DNA of 64,000 nucleotides from Octopus vulgaris (lineage: Eukaryota), in NCBI GenBank assembly GCA_951406725.2, contig OX597816.1:5084001-5148000 (forward strand). Reading direction: 5' to 3'. Positions 41,044 to 54,439 of the stretch are shown here, one piece after another. The notes below the pieces were generated by a model that saw only the letters and a list, made by a program, of their open reading frames with translations, did no database searches and was not told where the DNA came from. Both the position numbers and the translations under genes were made by a program. Position 1 is the first letter of the stretch. Each line of letters begins with the position of its first letter.

Positions 41044-41430
41044 GTGAGTGGGAGAGATGAGAAAAAATGTGATTAAAATTGCACAATGGTAACTAAAAAA
41101 ATGATAGATTCTTCTTACTTTCAGACGCTCTCAGACGAATCCAAAGAAACTTTACTGAAAGAAATCAATGTGAAATGGCAAAAAGATTGACCAGATAAAG
41201 AGGAAAGACGTCAGAAGAATGTCAGGAAAAATGTAGCCGACATTTCTTTTGATTTTTAGCAGACATTTCATTGTAGATTCTTGAAAACTGAAGATAATTG
41301 AAAAATGATAATAGTTTAAACATGGAGTATTATCACAAACTTTTAAAGCATTTTTCTCAGAATTATCACGGCAACTGATTGAAAGTTAAGCGATTGTGTA
41401 AAAGGACAACAATGGACTAGTATTGATTTC

Positions 41431-41475
<45 letters not shown>

Positions 41476-41623
41476 AGGCGCAGGAGTGGCTGTGTGGTTA
41501 GTAGCTTGGTTCCGGGTTCAGTCCCACTACGTGGCATCTTGGGCAAGTGTCTTCTGCTATAGCCCCGGGCCGACCAATGCCTTGTGAGTGGATTTGGTAG
41601 ACGGAAACTGAAAGAATCCTGTC

Positions 41624-41666
<43 letters not shown>

Positions 41667-41896
41667 TGTGTGTGTATATGTTTGTGTGTCTGTGTTTGTC
41701 CCCCTAGCATTGCTTGACAACCGATGCTGGTGTGTTTACGTCCCCGTCACATAGCGGTTCGGCAAAAGAGAGATCGATAGAATAAGTACTGGGCTTACAA
41801 AGAATAAGTCCCGGGGTCGATTTGCTCGACTAAAGGCGGTGCTCCAGCATGGCCGCAGTCAAATGACTGAAACAAGTAAAAGAGTAAAAGAGTAAG
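41476..41896 (+). mobile_element. SINE-B, young near-full-length copy
   Basis: aggcgcaggagtggctgtgtgg head, gggttcagtccc B-box-like motif, tail ending in (gtaaaaga)n. Confidence 0.93.
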
Positions 41897-42106
41897 GCCA
41901 AGCTACTGTGTGAAAAATACAGTCGATCGAATCGTGTGTGTTACAGAATTGATGTTTATTTTATCAAGCTACCAAGGAATAAAAGGCGAAGTTGACTTTG
42001 TTTGCATTTGAACTCAGAGAGTACATGAGCTAAGCTAAATACTACACGATCTTTAGTATGGCAATATTCGCATCACTAGTTTAATAGTATTATTCTTTGG
42101 TTGGAA

Positions 42107-42320
42107 GGCGGCGAGCTGGCTGAAGCGTTAGCACGACGGGCGAAATTCTTAGCGATATTTTGTCTGCCGTTACTTTCTGAGTTCAAACTCCACCGAGGTC
42201 GACTTTGCCTTTCATCCTTTCGGAATCGATAAATTAAGTACCATTTGCGTACTGCGGTCATCGTAATCGACTGGCCCACTCCCCCAAAATTACGGGCCTT
42301 GTGCCTAAGCAAAAAAGAAT
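42107..42320 (+). mobile_element. SINE-A (alternative 3' end)
   Basis: aaggcggcgagctggc head, core, ggccttgtgccta tail. Confidence 0.88.
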
Positions 42321-42840
42321 ACTTTGGGGTTGGTTAAGTCACTTTTATCGAATTCCTTCTTATTTTCTATTATTTGCTTGTTTTGTTTTTTATTGAGCCT
42401 CATAAGATTAATTTCTTGAGAAGTTTTAACCCAAAACCAGAGGAACGGCGTTTCGAGAGTGTTTCAGCTAAATTATTTGACAGTCGGTCTTGTAAGTTCA
42501 CGACGGAGGGTAAATTACTCAGAGAGATCATCTGCACGAAAAATAACAGTAAAATTAAAAGAAGTCGAGAAGAAGGAAGCATTAATTAAACCAGAAACGT
42601 CGCAATGTGCTCTGGTTTATTTTCGTATCCGTTTAAGATAACATTAGTCATTCAGCATTATTATATTCTCCTCACTGCAAAACTTAATTCATTAGTTTTT
42701 CTAACCCACAAGTATGGACTACTTTAATTAAACCAAACATTGAAACTTCGACGTAACCGTTCGACCTACAAGAAATAGCGACTAAGTCTGTCTAAAATCA
42801 TACCCAACAGTCGTACAAAGGACACTGGGCAATTCATGAG

Positions 42841-43227
42841 TGGATGGAAGCACTCCATCGGTTACGACGACGAGGGTTCCGGTTGATCCGAATCAACGGA
42901 ACAGCCTGCTCATGAAATTAACGTGTAAGTGGCTGAGCACTCCACAGACACGTGCACCCTTAATGTAGTTCTCGGGGATATTCAGCGTGACACAGAGAGT
43001 GACAAGGCCGGCCCTTTGAAATACAGGTACAACAGAAACAGGAAGAAAGAGTGAGAGAAAGTTGTGGTGAAATAGTACAGCAGGGTTCGCCACCACTCCC
43101 TGCCGGAGTCTCGTGGAGCTTTAGGTGTTTTCGCGCAATAAACACTCACAACACCCGGTCTGGGAATCGAAACCGCGATCCTACGACCGCGAGTCCGCTG
43201 CCCTAACCACTGGGCCATTGCGCCTCC
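42841..43227 (-). mobile_element. SINE-C, full length with TSD
   Basis: A box TGGCCCAGTGG, B-box-like GTTTCGATTCC; TSD aattcatgag at 42831-42840 and 43228-43237. Confidence 0.95.
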
Positions 43228-43341
43228 AATTCATGAGTATCATTAAGATCATATCTGTTCGACTGGGGATTTCTTTTCTACTCAAGGCTAACGTTTCTGC
43301 CAGCTCGCTGCCTTGTTAATCAACATTAAATGACAGAATAT

Positions 43342-43574
43342 ATTTCTTTTCTACCCACAAGGGGCTAAGCACAGAGGGGACAAACATGGACAGACAAATG
43401 GATTAAGTCGATTACATCGACCCAAGTGCGTAACCGGTTCTTAATTTATCGATCCCCGAAAGGATGAAAGGCAAAGTCGACCTCGGCGGAATTTGAACTC
43501 AGAACGTAGCGGCAGACGAAATATGGCTACGCATTTCGCCCGGCGTGCTAACGTTTCTGCCAGCTCGATGCCTT
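43342..43574 (-). mobile_element. SINE-A monomer with 17-bp TSD
   Basis: attaaatgacagaatat at 43325-43341 and 43575-43591. Confidence 0.95.
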
Positions 43575-43849
43575 ATTAAATGACAGAATATGTTGAATGT
43601 GTTAAGAAAGATTTTTGCATAAATATAAACGACATATTTTCCGAACGAGTTGTTATTATTACTCTTTCGGTTTCCTATATCCGGCAACATTTATAAATAT
43701 ATTTCCATCTCAAAATATTACAAAATGCGCCCCAAAAAGAAAAAAAGCATTTTTAAGAACAAAACTAACATCTGTTTCTGTCACCTCTATTCTCTTTACT
43801 CTCGATAAATCGCTCCCAACATCTTTCTTTAAGAAAACAGCTTAGAATG

Positions 43850-44810
43850 CGTTTTCAAAGAACAGTGGGCAGTTCCTGTGAAGAATTTCAATTTGGGAAA
43901 TAAAAATGTGTACAGTGGCCAAATCCTAAGAATAGGGTGGCTGAGAGGCAAGAATGGTCTCGTGCTTTGCCAAAAAGTTACTGATGAGAAGTGATGTGTG
44001 AGTAGGCGCGATGTCGGGGTAGAGTATCTGAGGGTTTCGGCCGATGTTTCGAGCCCCTTCCTTCGCTTTACCTCAACACTTAGTTGATCGTGTAACTACG
44101 CAGAAGAAACGACCGATATACACCACCCTTCCAATCGAAGATGGTAATCACTGATCTCTGTCTTTCATGCTTGAGCGATTCAGACGTGCGTCTGTGTATC
44201 ATAGCAACAAGGTTTGAATATATCACGCGATGACTGCCCTTTTGTATTTCGTCAATGCGCGCGACACTTTTCAAAATATTTTCATCGACATTTGAACACC
44301 TATTTCTTTATTACCCACAAGGGGCTAAACACAGAGGGGACAAACAAGGACAGACATAGGTATTAAGTCGATTACATCGACCCCAGTGCGTAACTGGTAC
44401 TTAATTTATCGACCCCGAAAGGATGAAAGGCAAAGTCGACCTCGGCGGAATCTGAACTCACAACGTAACGCAGACGAAATACCACAAAGCATTTCGCCCG
44501 GCCTGCTAACCTTTCCGCCAGCTGAACACCAACTGGCTGTGACTCGTTCTTTTGTCGCTCATCTGTCAAGAGACGGCACACAAATCTTGCGGCAGCATAA
44601 CACATCTTCATTTTCATTTTAAAACTGTGACAAGAACGTTTACGGAAGCGTGCGCCTGACACGCTTCACGGATAATCAAGAAACGATTTTCATGGACTGC
44701 TGCACGCCCTTTGGCATTGCGATCGTTGTCTTCCTTAAGGGAAAAGCGTCCAGATTTGGGGTCATCTCCAGTGGATGTTCTTTATGATTTGAATCGCTTG
44801 AACCTCCCAG
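43850..44810 (-). pseudogene. Mariner transposase relic, interrupted by SINE-A
   Basis: FKRFKS*RTSTGDDPKSGR (HTH), AARFVCRLLTDE (WVP linker equivalent), DIAPTHTSLLISNFLAKHET and QPPYS*DLA (YSPDL motif). Confidence 0.85.
44301..44522 (-). mobile_element. SINE-A inserted in the mariner relic
   Basis: TSD tgaacacc at 44293-44300 and 44523-44530. Confidence 0.92.
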
Positions 44811-44973
44811 TTTTCACACAAACAAACCCTTACTCTTCCAAATCCTTTATTGTCACAAATCACCAAGTGCACTAAACATACGTTCAATCTAGCACGTGTA
44901 GATAACATTTAAGTGACATGCCGTCACGTGACTATTATTAGAATGGAGATCAATGTCCCTTATACACAACACT

Positions 44974-45205
44974 TATTTCTTTATTGCGCTCAAGGGGCTA
45001 AACATAGAGGGGACAAACAAGGACAGACAAAGGTATTAAGTCGATTGCGTCGACCCCAGTGTGTAACTGGTGCTTAATTTATCGACCCCGAAAGGATGAA
45101 AGGCAAAGTCGACCTCGGCGGAATTTGAACTCAGAACGTAACGGCAGACGAAATGCTGCTAAGCATTTCGCCTGACGTGCTAACGATTCTACCAGCTCGC
45201 TGCCT
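44974..45205 (-). mobile_element. SINE-A monomer with TSD
   Basis: tccctt(a/t)tacacaacact at 44956-44973 and 45206-45223. Confidence 0.93.
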
Positions 45206-45249
45206 TCCCTTTTACACAACACTGCTGTCGCAAACACGCTGCGTCGACC

Positions 45250-46250
45250 TTATGGTGTGCTGTTTGAAAATCTCGATCTCCTTTGGAGAGACTTTGTATA
45301 TCATTTCGGTTGTATTGAAGTTCATTTGATTGTTCCGTATTTATATCTAAGAAACGAAATAGATGAGGGGATAAGATATTACACTCTCATCAGGCTTCAG
45401 GCTTTGGGATTATATCAGCGGCTATTGTTGCATTTCTGGCCAGAATACTTAATTCTACGTGCCTCATTTCACACACAGGGAAATAGTTATCATATTAACC
45501 AGAAATGTTTTCTCCATATTACCAGCACCCGGGTCATAGGATGGAGGGGGGGGATTTTTCTATCACCTGATAAGCGCTTCAGAATGGAAAGATAATCACT
45601 GATCACATTATCCGTTGCACTTAATGTCGTAGAAGGATTAGCAAAAGACGCTTTATAATGGTTTGCTACTTTGGCGCGAGGCCACAAATTTGTAAGAACG
45701 AAGTGTAGTTAATTGAATCTACTCCAGAAGTTATTAATTAAATATTTTATCAACCCGAGAAAGAGGGAAGTAAAGTCGATTCAGGTGACATCTAAACTTT
45801 ACAACAGAGTCACGAATCTTATACTGAAAGACATTTAGTTCGGCTCTTCTCTCTTTCTACCACTCAACGTCACTTTAAGAGACAAATTACAAATAATTTG
45901 TATATACATTTATATTTATTCGCGGTGTGCCTAATGGCATCAAACTATCTTCCCAAAAGTTCCCAGATTAGGAACAAATTTATATAATCAGCTTAAAAGC
46001 TTGGAAGACCTTTTGCCATTTCTAGAGGGCTATTGTAGATAAATATTAGTGTTGTGTATATCAAACACATACCGTTGAACCGAATACGTTGGCAAGTTTC
46101 CATTGAGAATGGTTTCTCTATGTTCAAAGCAAGTAAAGAGTTGTAATTCACAACAAATGAAGTTGGTTCTGATACTTGCGGATAATCAGAAAATTCGGGC
46201 GAAATCAGCGAATTCACTCTGCAGATGTATACAAAATCTGAATGCGACTT
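45250..46250 (-). mobile_element. Probable old CR1/Crack-group LINE relic (end of APE and tether)
   Basis: QVSEPTSF..NYNSLL resembles QLIxEPTH..SSCIDL; YLSILKRLSGDRKIPPL resembles YWSILK..KKIP.IPPL; highly degenerate. Confidence 0.4.
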
Positions 46251-46591
46251 GTATTATTTTAATGTTTCGGTAACGCAAATTAAACCCATCGGCAAAGAAC
46301 TACGCAAAACAAGCTTATCAAAAGCCAAACAAATTTTGAAACTAATAGATTACTTAAAGAAAGAAACAAGATGATGAGCGTCGAACACGGAAATATTTTA
46401 AGGCAGAAGGAAACGAAAATATTTGGGGGGAAAATGTCCATAATGAGACGAAAATTAATTAATGTAGATATCTTAAATATATAAGAAAGTAGGTTTGGTG
46501 TGCATGTGTGTGTATATATACATATATGTGTGTGTGCGTGTGTGTGTGTATCTATGTATGTATGCATGTTTGTATGTACGTGTATATGCAT

Positions 46592-46625
<34 letters not shown>

Positions 46626-46646
46626 GTACGTGTGTGTGTGTGTGTG

Positions 46647-47050
46647 TGTGTGGTAAGTAGCTTGCTTACAAACTACATGTTTCCGTGTTCAGTCCCACTG
46701 CGTGGCACCTTGGGCAAATATCTTCTACTATAGCCTCGGGCCGACCAAAGCCTTGTGAGTGGATTCGGTAGATTGAAACTGAAAGAAGACCGCCGTGTGT
46801 ATATGTGTGTGTGTGTGTCTGTCTGTCTGTTTGTCCCCACCCCACCGCAACATCGCTTACAACCGGTGTTCGTGTGTTTACGTCCCCGTAACTTAGTGGT
46901 TCGGCAAAAGAGACCGATAGAATAAGTACTAGGCTTACAAAAGAATAAGTCCCGGGGTCGATTTGCTCGACTAAAGGCGGTGCTCCAGCATGGCCACAGT
47001 CAAAGGACTGAAACAAGTAAAAGAATAAAAGAATAAAGGAATAAAAGGAT
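46647..47050 (+). mobile_element. SINE-B
   Basis: Colinear with the family; tail (aataaaag)n. Confidence 0.92.
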
Positions 47051-47274
47051 ACATACATATATATATATATATATATTTATACATATATATATATACATAT
47101 ATATATATTTATATATATATACATATATATATGTACATATATATATATACATATATATATATGTTCATATATATATATACATATATATACATATATATAT
47201 ACATATATATATACATATATATATACATATATATATATACATATATACATATACATATATACATGTATATACAT

Positions 47275-47480
47275 CTTTTATTTGTTTCAGTCATTTGACT
47301 GTGGCCATGCTGGGGTACTGCATTGAAGAATATTTAGTCGAAACAATCGACCCCAGTACTTATTCTTTATGAGCCTAGTACTTATTTGCCGAATCGCTAT
47401 GTTACAGAGACGTAAACACACCAGCATCGGTTGTCAAGCAATGTTGGGTGGACAAACACAGACACAAAAACACACGCATA
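47275..47480 (-). mobile_element. SINE-B 3' half, inverted relative to 46647-47050
   Basis: tgtttcagtcatttgactgtggccatgctgg..ccagcatcggttgtcaagc. Confidence 0.85.
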
Positions 47481-47584
47481 TATATGTTTGAGTGTGTGTG
47501 TGTGTAAATGTGCATATAAGCATGTGTGCGCGCGGTGTGTGTGTGTGTACCTGCATAAAATTATTTAAATATATATATATATAT

Positions 47585-47775
47585 AGGGGAGAGTTTACGA
47601 AAAAATACAAAAAACGAAGACAGGTGGTGTACAAAACAAACAGATGTATTAGTATAACGCTCAGGAATAGAAAAAGTCTTTTACGTTTCGAGCCTACGCT
47701 CTTCTTCAGAAAGGGACACAGAAAAAAACAAGGAGAGAAAAAAATGTGTGTAGCGGCAAACGATCTATATATGAC
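47585..47775 (-). ncRNA. Penelope-LTR-like repeat with an intact minimal hammerhead (47678-47713)
   Basis: CUUU-CUGAAGA-A-GAGC(GUAG)GCUC-GAAA-CG-UA^AAAG. Confidence 0.8.
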
Positions 47776-48192
47776 GTACACAAAAAGCACGGTAATTGAA
47801 CGAAAAATCACCAAGTTCAAATCGGTGGTTAGAGGGAAACTGCCGGCTGAGGAATACACAGAAAACACAAAATTTATGCTAATAGAGAAGATAAGATATG
47901 CTAAATTAAGGGGATTGTTCGTGTCAAACAGTGAAAGATTAGGAGTGGAAGCGGTGTACGATGCCCTACTTCCAGTCGTGAGCTATGACGATTTGAAACT
48001 GTATATAAAATAATGTAAGTTTTAATATTAGAAAAGAAGCAAAAAACAAAAAAAAATGACGGAAAGACTACATACACACCAGCTGCAACGATAAAGAGAA
48101 AGAGATCAATTTTGATAAAGAACAGTTAAATGGTACTGCTCGAGGGTTCGAGTAGCCATAGCACCTTTATTTATTTATAATTTATTTTCAGT

Positions 48193-48595
48193 AAGGCGGC
48201 GAGCTGGCAGAAACGTTAGCACGCCGGGCGAAATGCTTAACGGTATTTCGTCTGCCGTTACGTTCTGAGTTCAAATACCGCCGAGGTCGACTTTGCCTTT
48301 CATCGTTTCGGGGTCGATTAAATAAGTACCAGTTACGCGCTGGGGTCGATGTAATCGACTTAATACCTATGTCTGTCCTTGTTTGTCCCTTCTATGTTTA
48401 GCCCCTTGTGGATAATAAAGAAATGGGTATTTCGGCTGCCTCTACGTTCTGAGTTCAAATTCCGCCGAGGTCGACTTTGCCTTTCATCCTTTCGGGGTCG
48501 ATTAAATAAGTACCAGTTACGCACTGGGTCGATGTAATCGACTTAATCCGTTTATCTGTCTTTGTTTGTCTCCTCTGTGGGTAGTAAAGAAATAT
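48193..48595 (+). mobile_element. SINE-A with one head and two tandem bodies
   Basis: Junction taaagaaatg|ggtatttcgg at ~48424; imperfect TSD tataatt..attttca. Confidence 0.93.
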
Positions 48596-50511
48596 ATAAT
48601 TCATTTTCATTCATTCTTTTATGTCCCCACTTGTTTTGCCTGTACTCTCCCCTCTATATTGGGCCCACGGTGGCTGATAAAGAAATGAGTTTACTTGTAA
48701 GGTAAGTAAAAGCCCACGTTCACGTTTAGAACTGGCGGTTTACTACTATTTTGGTACAAACCTACGTACTTAGTTACTTGTACACATACTTATAGACATA
48801 CATATTTACTGTGTACCACAATAATTTGGTTCACTATAATTATGTACAGTTTGCATTAGCCGGAGTAGTGTCCTCATCTCAGAAATATGGAATTGAACTA
48901 TTTATATATTCAGGAGCCAAACATAACAATCGAAGTAGGTGGTTTTAATTTACTTATATAATAAGACATCAAACACGCTGTAAACACAAAAATATCGAAC
49001 GTACAAAATAATAAGAGGTGACACACTTATTATTACAAGCAAACGTGTAAAACAAACACTAAAAAAAAATAGTTTGTGTCTATTGTAATCAACAGGGGAA
49101 AACAGCGCTCAGCAAATTGGTAAAAGTAAAAATAATAAAGGAAAAGTTAATGAAATAAATATCTTTGAAATCATCAATGTGAAAAACTTCCATAAAAGAT
49201 TAATACATTCGTGGTAAAGTCAGTGATTAGGAGCACCAAATAAACAGGAGCACTTCAAAGAATTGAAGTGCGAAAAACCACTTCTTCAAACGAAAAAAAA
49301 AAGTACTTGACCTTGTATAAGAAATCTCAGAAACAAACATTCGAGTCAAAAGAAATTAATGACCACAGGGTTTGAAGAAAGAGGACAAATGAAGAATATT
49401 GAAAAGTCATAATATTGGTTTCTTGCTTAAGCACAAGGCCTGTCAAAATAAGGGTTGGGATCTTACTCCTAGAATTTGATTGATACTTCATTTTATCGAC
49501 CCCGGAGGAAAGATAGAAGGCAAAATAAACCTCAGAGGCATTTGAACGCAGATTATTAAGATTGTAAAGCAATATTACAATTCAGTTTGTCCGTTGCATC
49601 AACAATCCAGCAATCCATCTCCCTTGGCGTAATAAGACAATATTGTTGGCGGGTTTTGTGCTAAATAAGAGCCAAAACTTAGAAAAAATAACTTTAGGTA
49701 CAAAACGGTTATGCAAGTGATACAAATAGATAAATATAATATTCTGTATATATATATAAGAGAACTGCAGGAAACAGAAGTCACTCTGAGTAATATAGAA
49801 ATAGATTAGGAAGTTGGAGCGGATGATTGATTGTTTTGGCTTTAAATCAGTTTATTCTATGAAAGTCTCGAAAAGAGAATTGAACTCCTGTTGATCCGGA
49901 CAATTTTAGTCGCAATGGAGTGATTTCTTTATGCTAACGGATATACAGATCACAACACTGCAAGCGAGGAAAATATACTTTCATTATATAATGTTTACAG
50001 AGATGTTTGTTTATTATATAAATCGTTATGGCACAAGAAACGAAGAGAGTTTACAATCAGAGAAATTTTTTAACAAGGAATATATGATTATTATTATATA
50101 AGACCATTCAAAGTGGGATGCTTTTGTCCAAGACCCGGTGCGGGTCTACTCACAGAAAAGGATAAAACGAATAAGGGCGATATCAGCTTTAAAATCAAAG
50201 ATGCTGTTCAAACTTTCACCATTATTTTCAGAACTTAAGGAACTTACAATATCAATGGAGACTCAAAACGATGACTTGCAGCGTAATAAGTGACAAAATC
50301 TATTTTCGACATTAAATTTCTAATTTCCTATTTTCACCGTCAACGTGTTGCTGGATTCAACGGCGATGATATGCAAAAGAAAAATTAAACATTGACTGTG
50401 GGTAGAAACTGCACGAAAATTAACTGGAAAACTTGTTCTAAATTGAATCTGGGCAACACTTGATATGACCAGCAAGTTTTAAACTTAGGGCAATCTCAGA
50501 GTTACTTCTTA

Positions 50512-50680
50512 AACGAAAATTTTAGGAAAATAAAAATAAGAAAAAAGTGGAAATTTTACCGGTGAGTGTGTTACATTATAAGGCACAAAAAGAAAATGAC
50601 TCCCCCCAGACACAACAGAATATGCTTCAACACACGAACTCATATAAAGAATCTTGCAAACCAAATCCAAAAACGAACTT
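50512..50680 (+). repeat. Interspersed repeat family D
   Basis: ttttaggaaaata..aattttaccggtgag..cttgcaaaccaaatccaaaaacgaa. Confidence 0.85.
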
Positions 50681-52064
50681 CTTAAATAAGTTTTCCATGT
50701 AATTGCTACTTGGTAAGAAAATCTGAAACAAAAAGTCTCCTGGGGATTGCAGCTTTTAGCTTAGCTCCTAAACTAGATAAGCGGACGTTGGTAAGATTTG
50801 AATTCTTACTAAATCCGTGTACTGAGGGATAAATAGGCAACCTGGTGCAATATAGCTAACGGTCGAATAATGAGTGGTGGTTGACTATTTTGTTTAATTG
50901 TCGCACTTTGCTGCAATTCTCTCTGTAGATGTTTAAAAATAAATCAATGGATATGTACAAAATGTTAGTGTCCCAGTCAAACCAAAAGCGATATGCTAAT
51001 GATTTTTTTTTCTTGTATGTATGCGAATAACCAACCGGGAATATGTCATCAAAGCTTACAATATTGACTTTAAAAGATTAAGATATCGGAATGAAGAAAA
51101 ACATACTTCCTTAAAAGAAAATTCGAAAAATCTATTGAATACTTTTTGAATGAACCAGATAACATTGTCTGATACAAAATTCAGTAAAGCAGACGAGAAT
51201 TTCAATATTCCCGACAATAGAATATCGACTGGGCGTAGGGAAGCATTATTCCAAGCTTTTCATTTTGTAGAACATAACTTGGTAATTGTACTATATTCGA
51301 AGTTCTAATAAAAAAAATGTCTTTGAGGCCGATCTCTCTAAGCTTCTTTTGTCGTATCGATTTATTAAAACGATTTATCGTATTCATAATGAACATTGAT
51401 TTCTTGCATTAGCACAATGACACCGATTTGTTAAAGTGTAGAGAGTCTGGTGAATTAGTATGTGTACATCACTTGCACTTACTTGATCAACTTTGATGGA
51501 TGAAAGACAAAGTGATTTTAGGAAAAATTTAACAAGGAACGAAGCGAAACAGAACTAAATACCAAATGTCATTTAGTTTAACACTCTACCATTCCGACAC
51601 TCCAGCCCCCTGTTTATAATAAATATTAAACTAGTATAGATGTACAGAGAGAAAATACATTCTTCAAAGTGTTTAAGAAGGTATGAATATACCAATTAAA
51701 GAAATTTGGTATAAATTCTTATATTCTTTGAAAAGTGTACGACAAAGAAATGGAATTGAGTTGAAACAACAAAACTAAATTAATAAAGAAAGTATCTCGA
51801 AACTAAACAAAGAAATATCATTCATTATAAGGAAATCAGAAAACTCCCTTTATTTGTTTACAATGGAGATGCGAAAGAAGTTGAATTAAATGCCGTGTCC
51901 ATAAAGACGGAGAAAAAAACTCTTCAGTAAAAGATACTAATCGAAAAGAGCTGTCAGTTATCGTTTGAAAGGGCCAAATCTCGTGAGAATTGTTGGAAAT
52001 ATTTCAAGAACAGTAGAACTTCACCTATTTTGTAAATGATGGAAATGTTTTTATAGTGTTAATA

Positions 52065-52466
52065 TTTACTCATTTACTTGTTTCAGTCATTTGACTACGG
52101 CCATGCTGGAGCACCACCTTTAGTCGAGAGCAAATCGACCCCGGGACTTATTCTTTGTAAGCCCAGTACTTATTCTATCGGTCTTTTTTGCCGAACCGCT
52201 AAGTGACGGGGACGTAAACACACCAGCATCGGTTGTCAAGCAATGCTAGGAGGGACAAACACAGACACACAAACATATACATACACATACATATATATAA
52301 ATATACATATATACGACAGGCTTCTTTCAGTTTCCGTCTACCAAATCCACTCACAAGGCATTGGTCGGCCCGGGGCTATAGCAGAAGACACTTGCCCAAG
52401 ATACCACGCAGTGAGACTGAACCCGGAACCATGTGGTTGGTAAGCAAGCTACTTACCACACAGCCA
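52065..52466 (-). mobile_element. SINE-B, near full length
   Basis: Colinear with 41476-41896. Confidence 0.93.
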
Positions 52467-53042
52467 GTAATATTTTCTAACGAGTGTTTGATAAAAGAGC
52501 GGCAAATGAAATCCGTTTTGCTTAAGACGTTGCCCTCTTAGTACTTAAGCATTTAAATTTATTATTTCTATTATTTATATATTTTCACACAAAAGCAGTA
52601 TGAAAGGTGGAAGCAACTACAAATGTACGAACAGTTGCGTTGTTTATATTATTCGATGTTACGTAATTCATGCTTCTAGATACATTTAAACAAAACTAGT
52701 TTCTACACTTTCAAACTGAGACAAATTATGGAAAATCTTAACCAACTGTAATAAAAAGGAATATTTCATTGATAACTTGAATGAATGAAGCTCACGGCTG
52801 GAGTTTGTACACCCACGAAATATATTACTTACATGTCTAACAATATTAACTGTATATAGAAAACGAAACACCTGTCAAGTAGATACAAATGCCTGCTTTC
52901 AACAATAATCTCCAGCCACCCACTTTACACAATATTTTGTCTTCTTAATTTCTAATGTTGCTACGGCAAGGCTACGGTAACGGTAAATCACTTGCATATA
53001 TAACACTTTAACCTCTTCCTCTGCCATACTTCTAACTGGATT

Positions 53043-53630
53043 TTGGAACGAGTACAGCTGTCGGCTGGATCTATAACAAAAATGATACCGCCAACTGGAC
53101 CCACAAAGGAAGGTAAGGCTTGTTTTTACTGTATGGTTGCAGTACTGATAGAGTGTATATGGAGAACTAGAATGGAAGGTTTTGTGACAGGGTCCTTCTT
53201 CTCCCGGCCCCGGATTGCTATATTACTTCAGATATCATCTGAAGAGCAAGATGGGGTTGGAGAGGGAGACCCTGCCACCGAGTGAATACGAAAAACGATG
53301 GAAGGATGTGATGAGAAAGGTGGGTGTGAGTAACCCAGCTTAATCATCGAAGAAAGGAAAAATTAGTTGCTGGGCCTTATAGGCTGCCGGGTTCAAATTT
53401 TGAACCTGCAATTTTTTCCCTTTTTTCCCTTTTTATCGTATGTTATGTTCTCTAGTTTTTTTTTGTTTTTTTTTTAAAGTTCTCGTTGTAAAGGCAAAAG
53501 TAAGCCAAGGTTTCGTTTATGTCATATAATTAAATTTTTAAAAGTCTCATTCGAACTCGTGTAACATTTTTGCATTTGTCTGTCTTGTTATGTCCTTTTC
53601 TATGATAAATCTCATGATCATAATAAAGAT
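53043..53630 (+). mobile_element. Tx1/L1-type LINE 3' end (ORF2 C-terminus plus 3' UTR)
   Basis: VAVLIECIWRTR, then after a frameshift LLYYFRYHLKSKMGLERETLPPSEYEKRW; T-rich UTR ending taataaaga. Confidence 0.6.
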
Positions 53631-54439
53631 TTTACTTCTAAGTGGATGTCAGCCTTAGAATCATCATTAATTATTTTGCCAAATAACTGTAATTTTCACT
53701 TAATGTGACAACGATATAGTCTGGCTGTTTGGAAACCGTTGAGTTGAATGTGTGTAGCCATGAAAATTCACTTGTGTGGAGAGGACGAAGGAGCCACAAA
53801 ATCAGTGTGGTGGAAGCAATATTTATGGGCAACATAAGGGACATTGGCTGGCTGTATTCTCCCTCATAACTTAAAAGACATTATGAAGATTGCACTTCCT
53901 CTACAGACCGGTCAACGATATAGTTTTATAGCTTTCAAATCTTAAACGATAGCACTGCAGAGACACTCGATTCCCATTGTCATTTATGAAGGGAATATAC
54001 ACCATTAATGGCAACATATATATATCCTACTTGTCAGTATAGACTGGTCTTCAACATAGTTGCTGGTGTAACGAGACACATGAATGCAGTAACACCGATG
54101 CATTAAGAAGTCAACATCAAGCTACAGTTGATTCCCCATAAGCTAGAAATAGCAAAAGTAAACGAAGCCCCACAATTTTCTATGGTGTTAGCGGTAGGAA
54201 AGTGTGTGTGGATTTATTGGAAGCCCTCGAATTCCCAATCCATTTTGTAATAATCAACCAAAATCCTGATTTCTCATGGTCTGACATGAAAGGAAAAATA
54301 ACATCCTAGTTGTGTAGCGGAGGGTCTCTAGAAAACCCAATTTGAGGTGAACACGTAAAATGTGGCTGTGTGGTAAGAAACTTGCTTCCGCGCATGCATC
54401 GGGTTATTTGCTGTCTGGATTTTGTAAGAGTCGGGCGTA

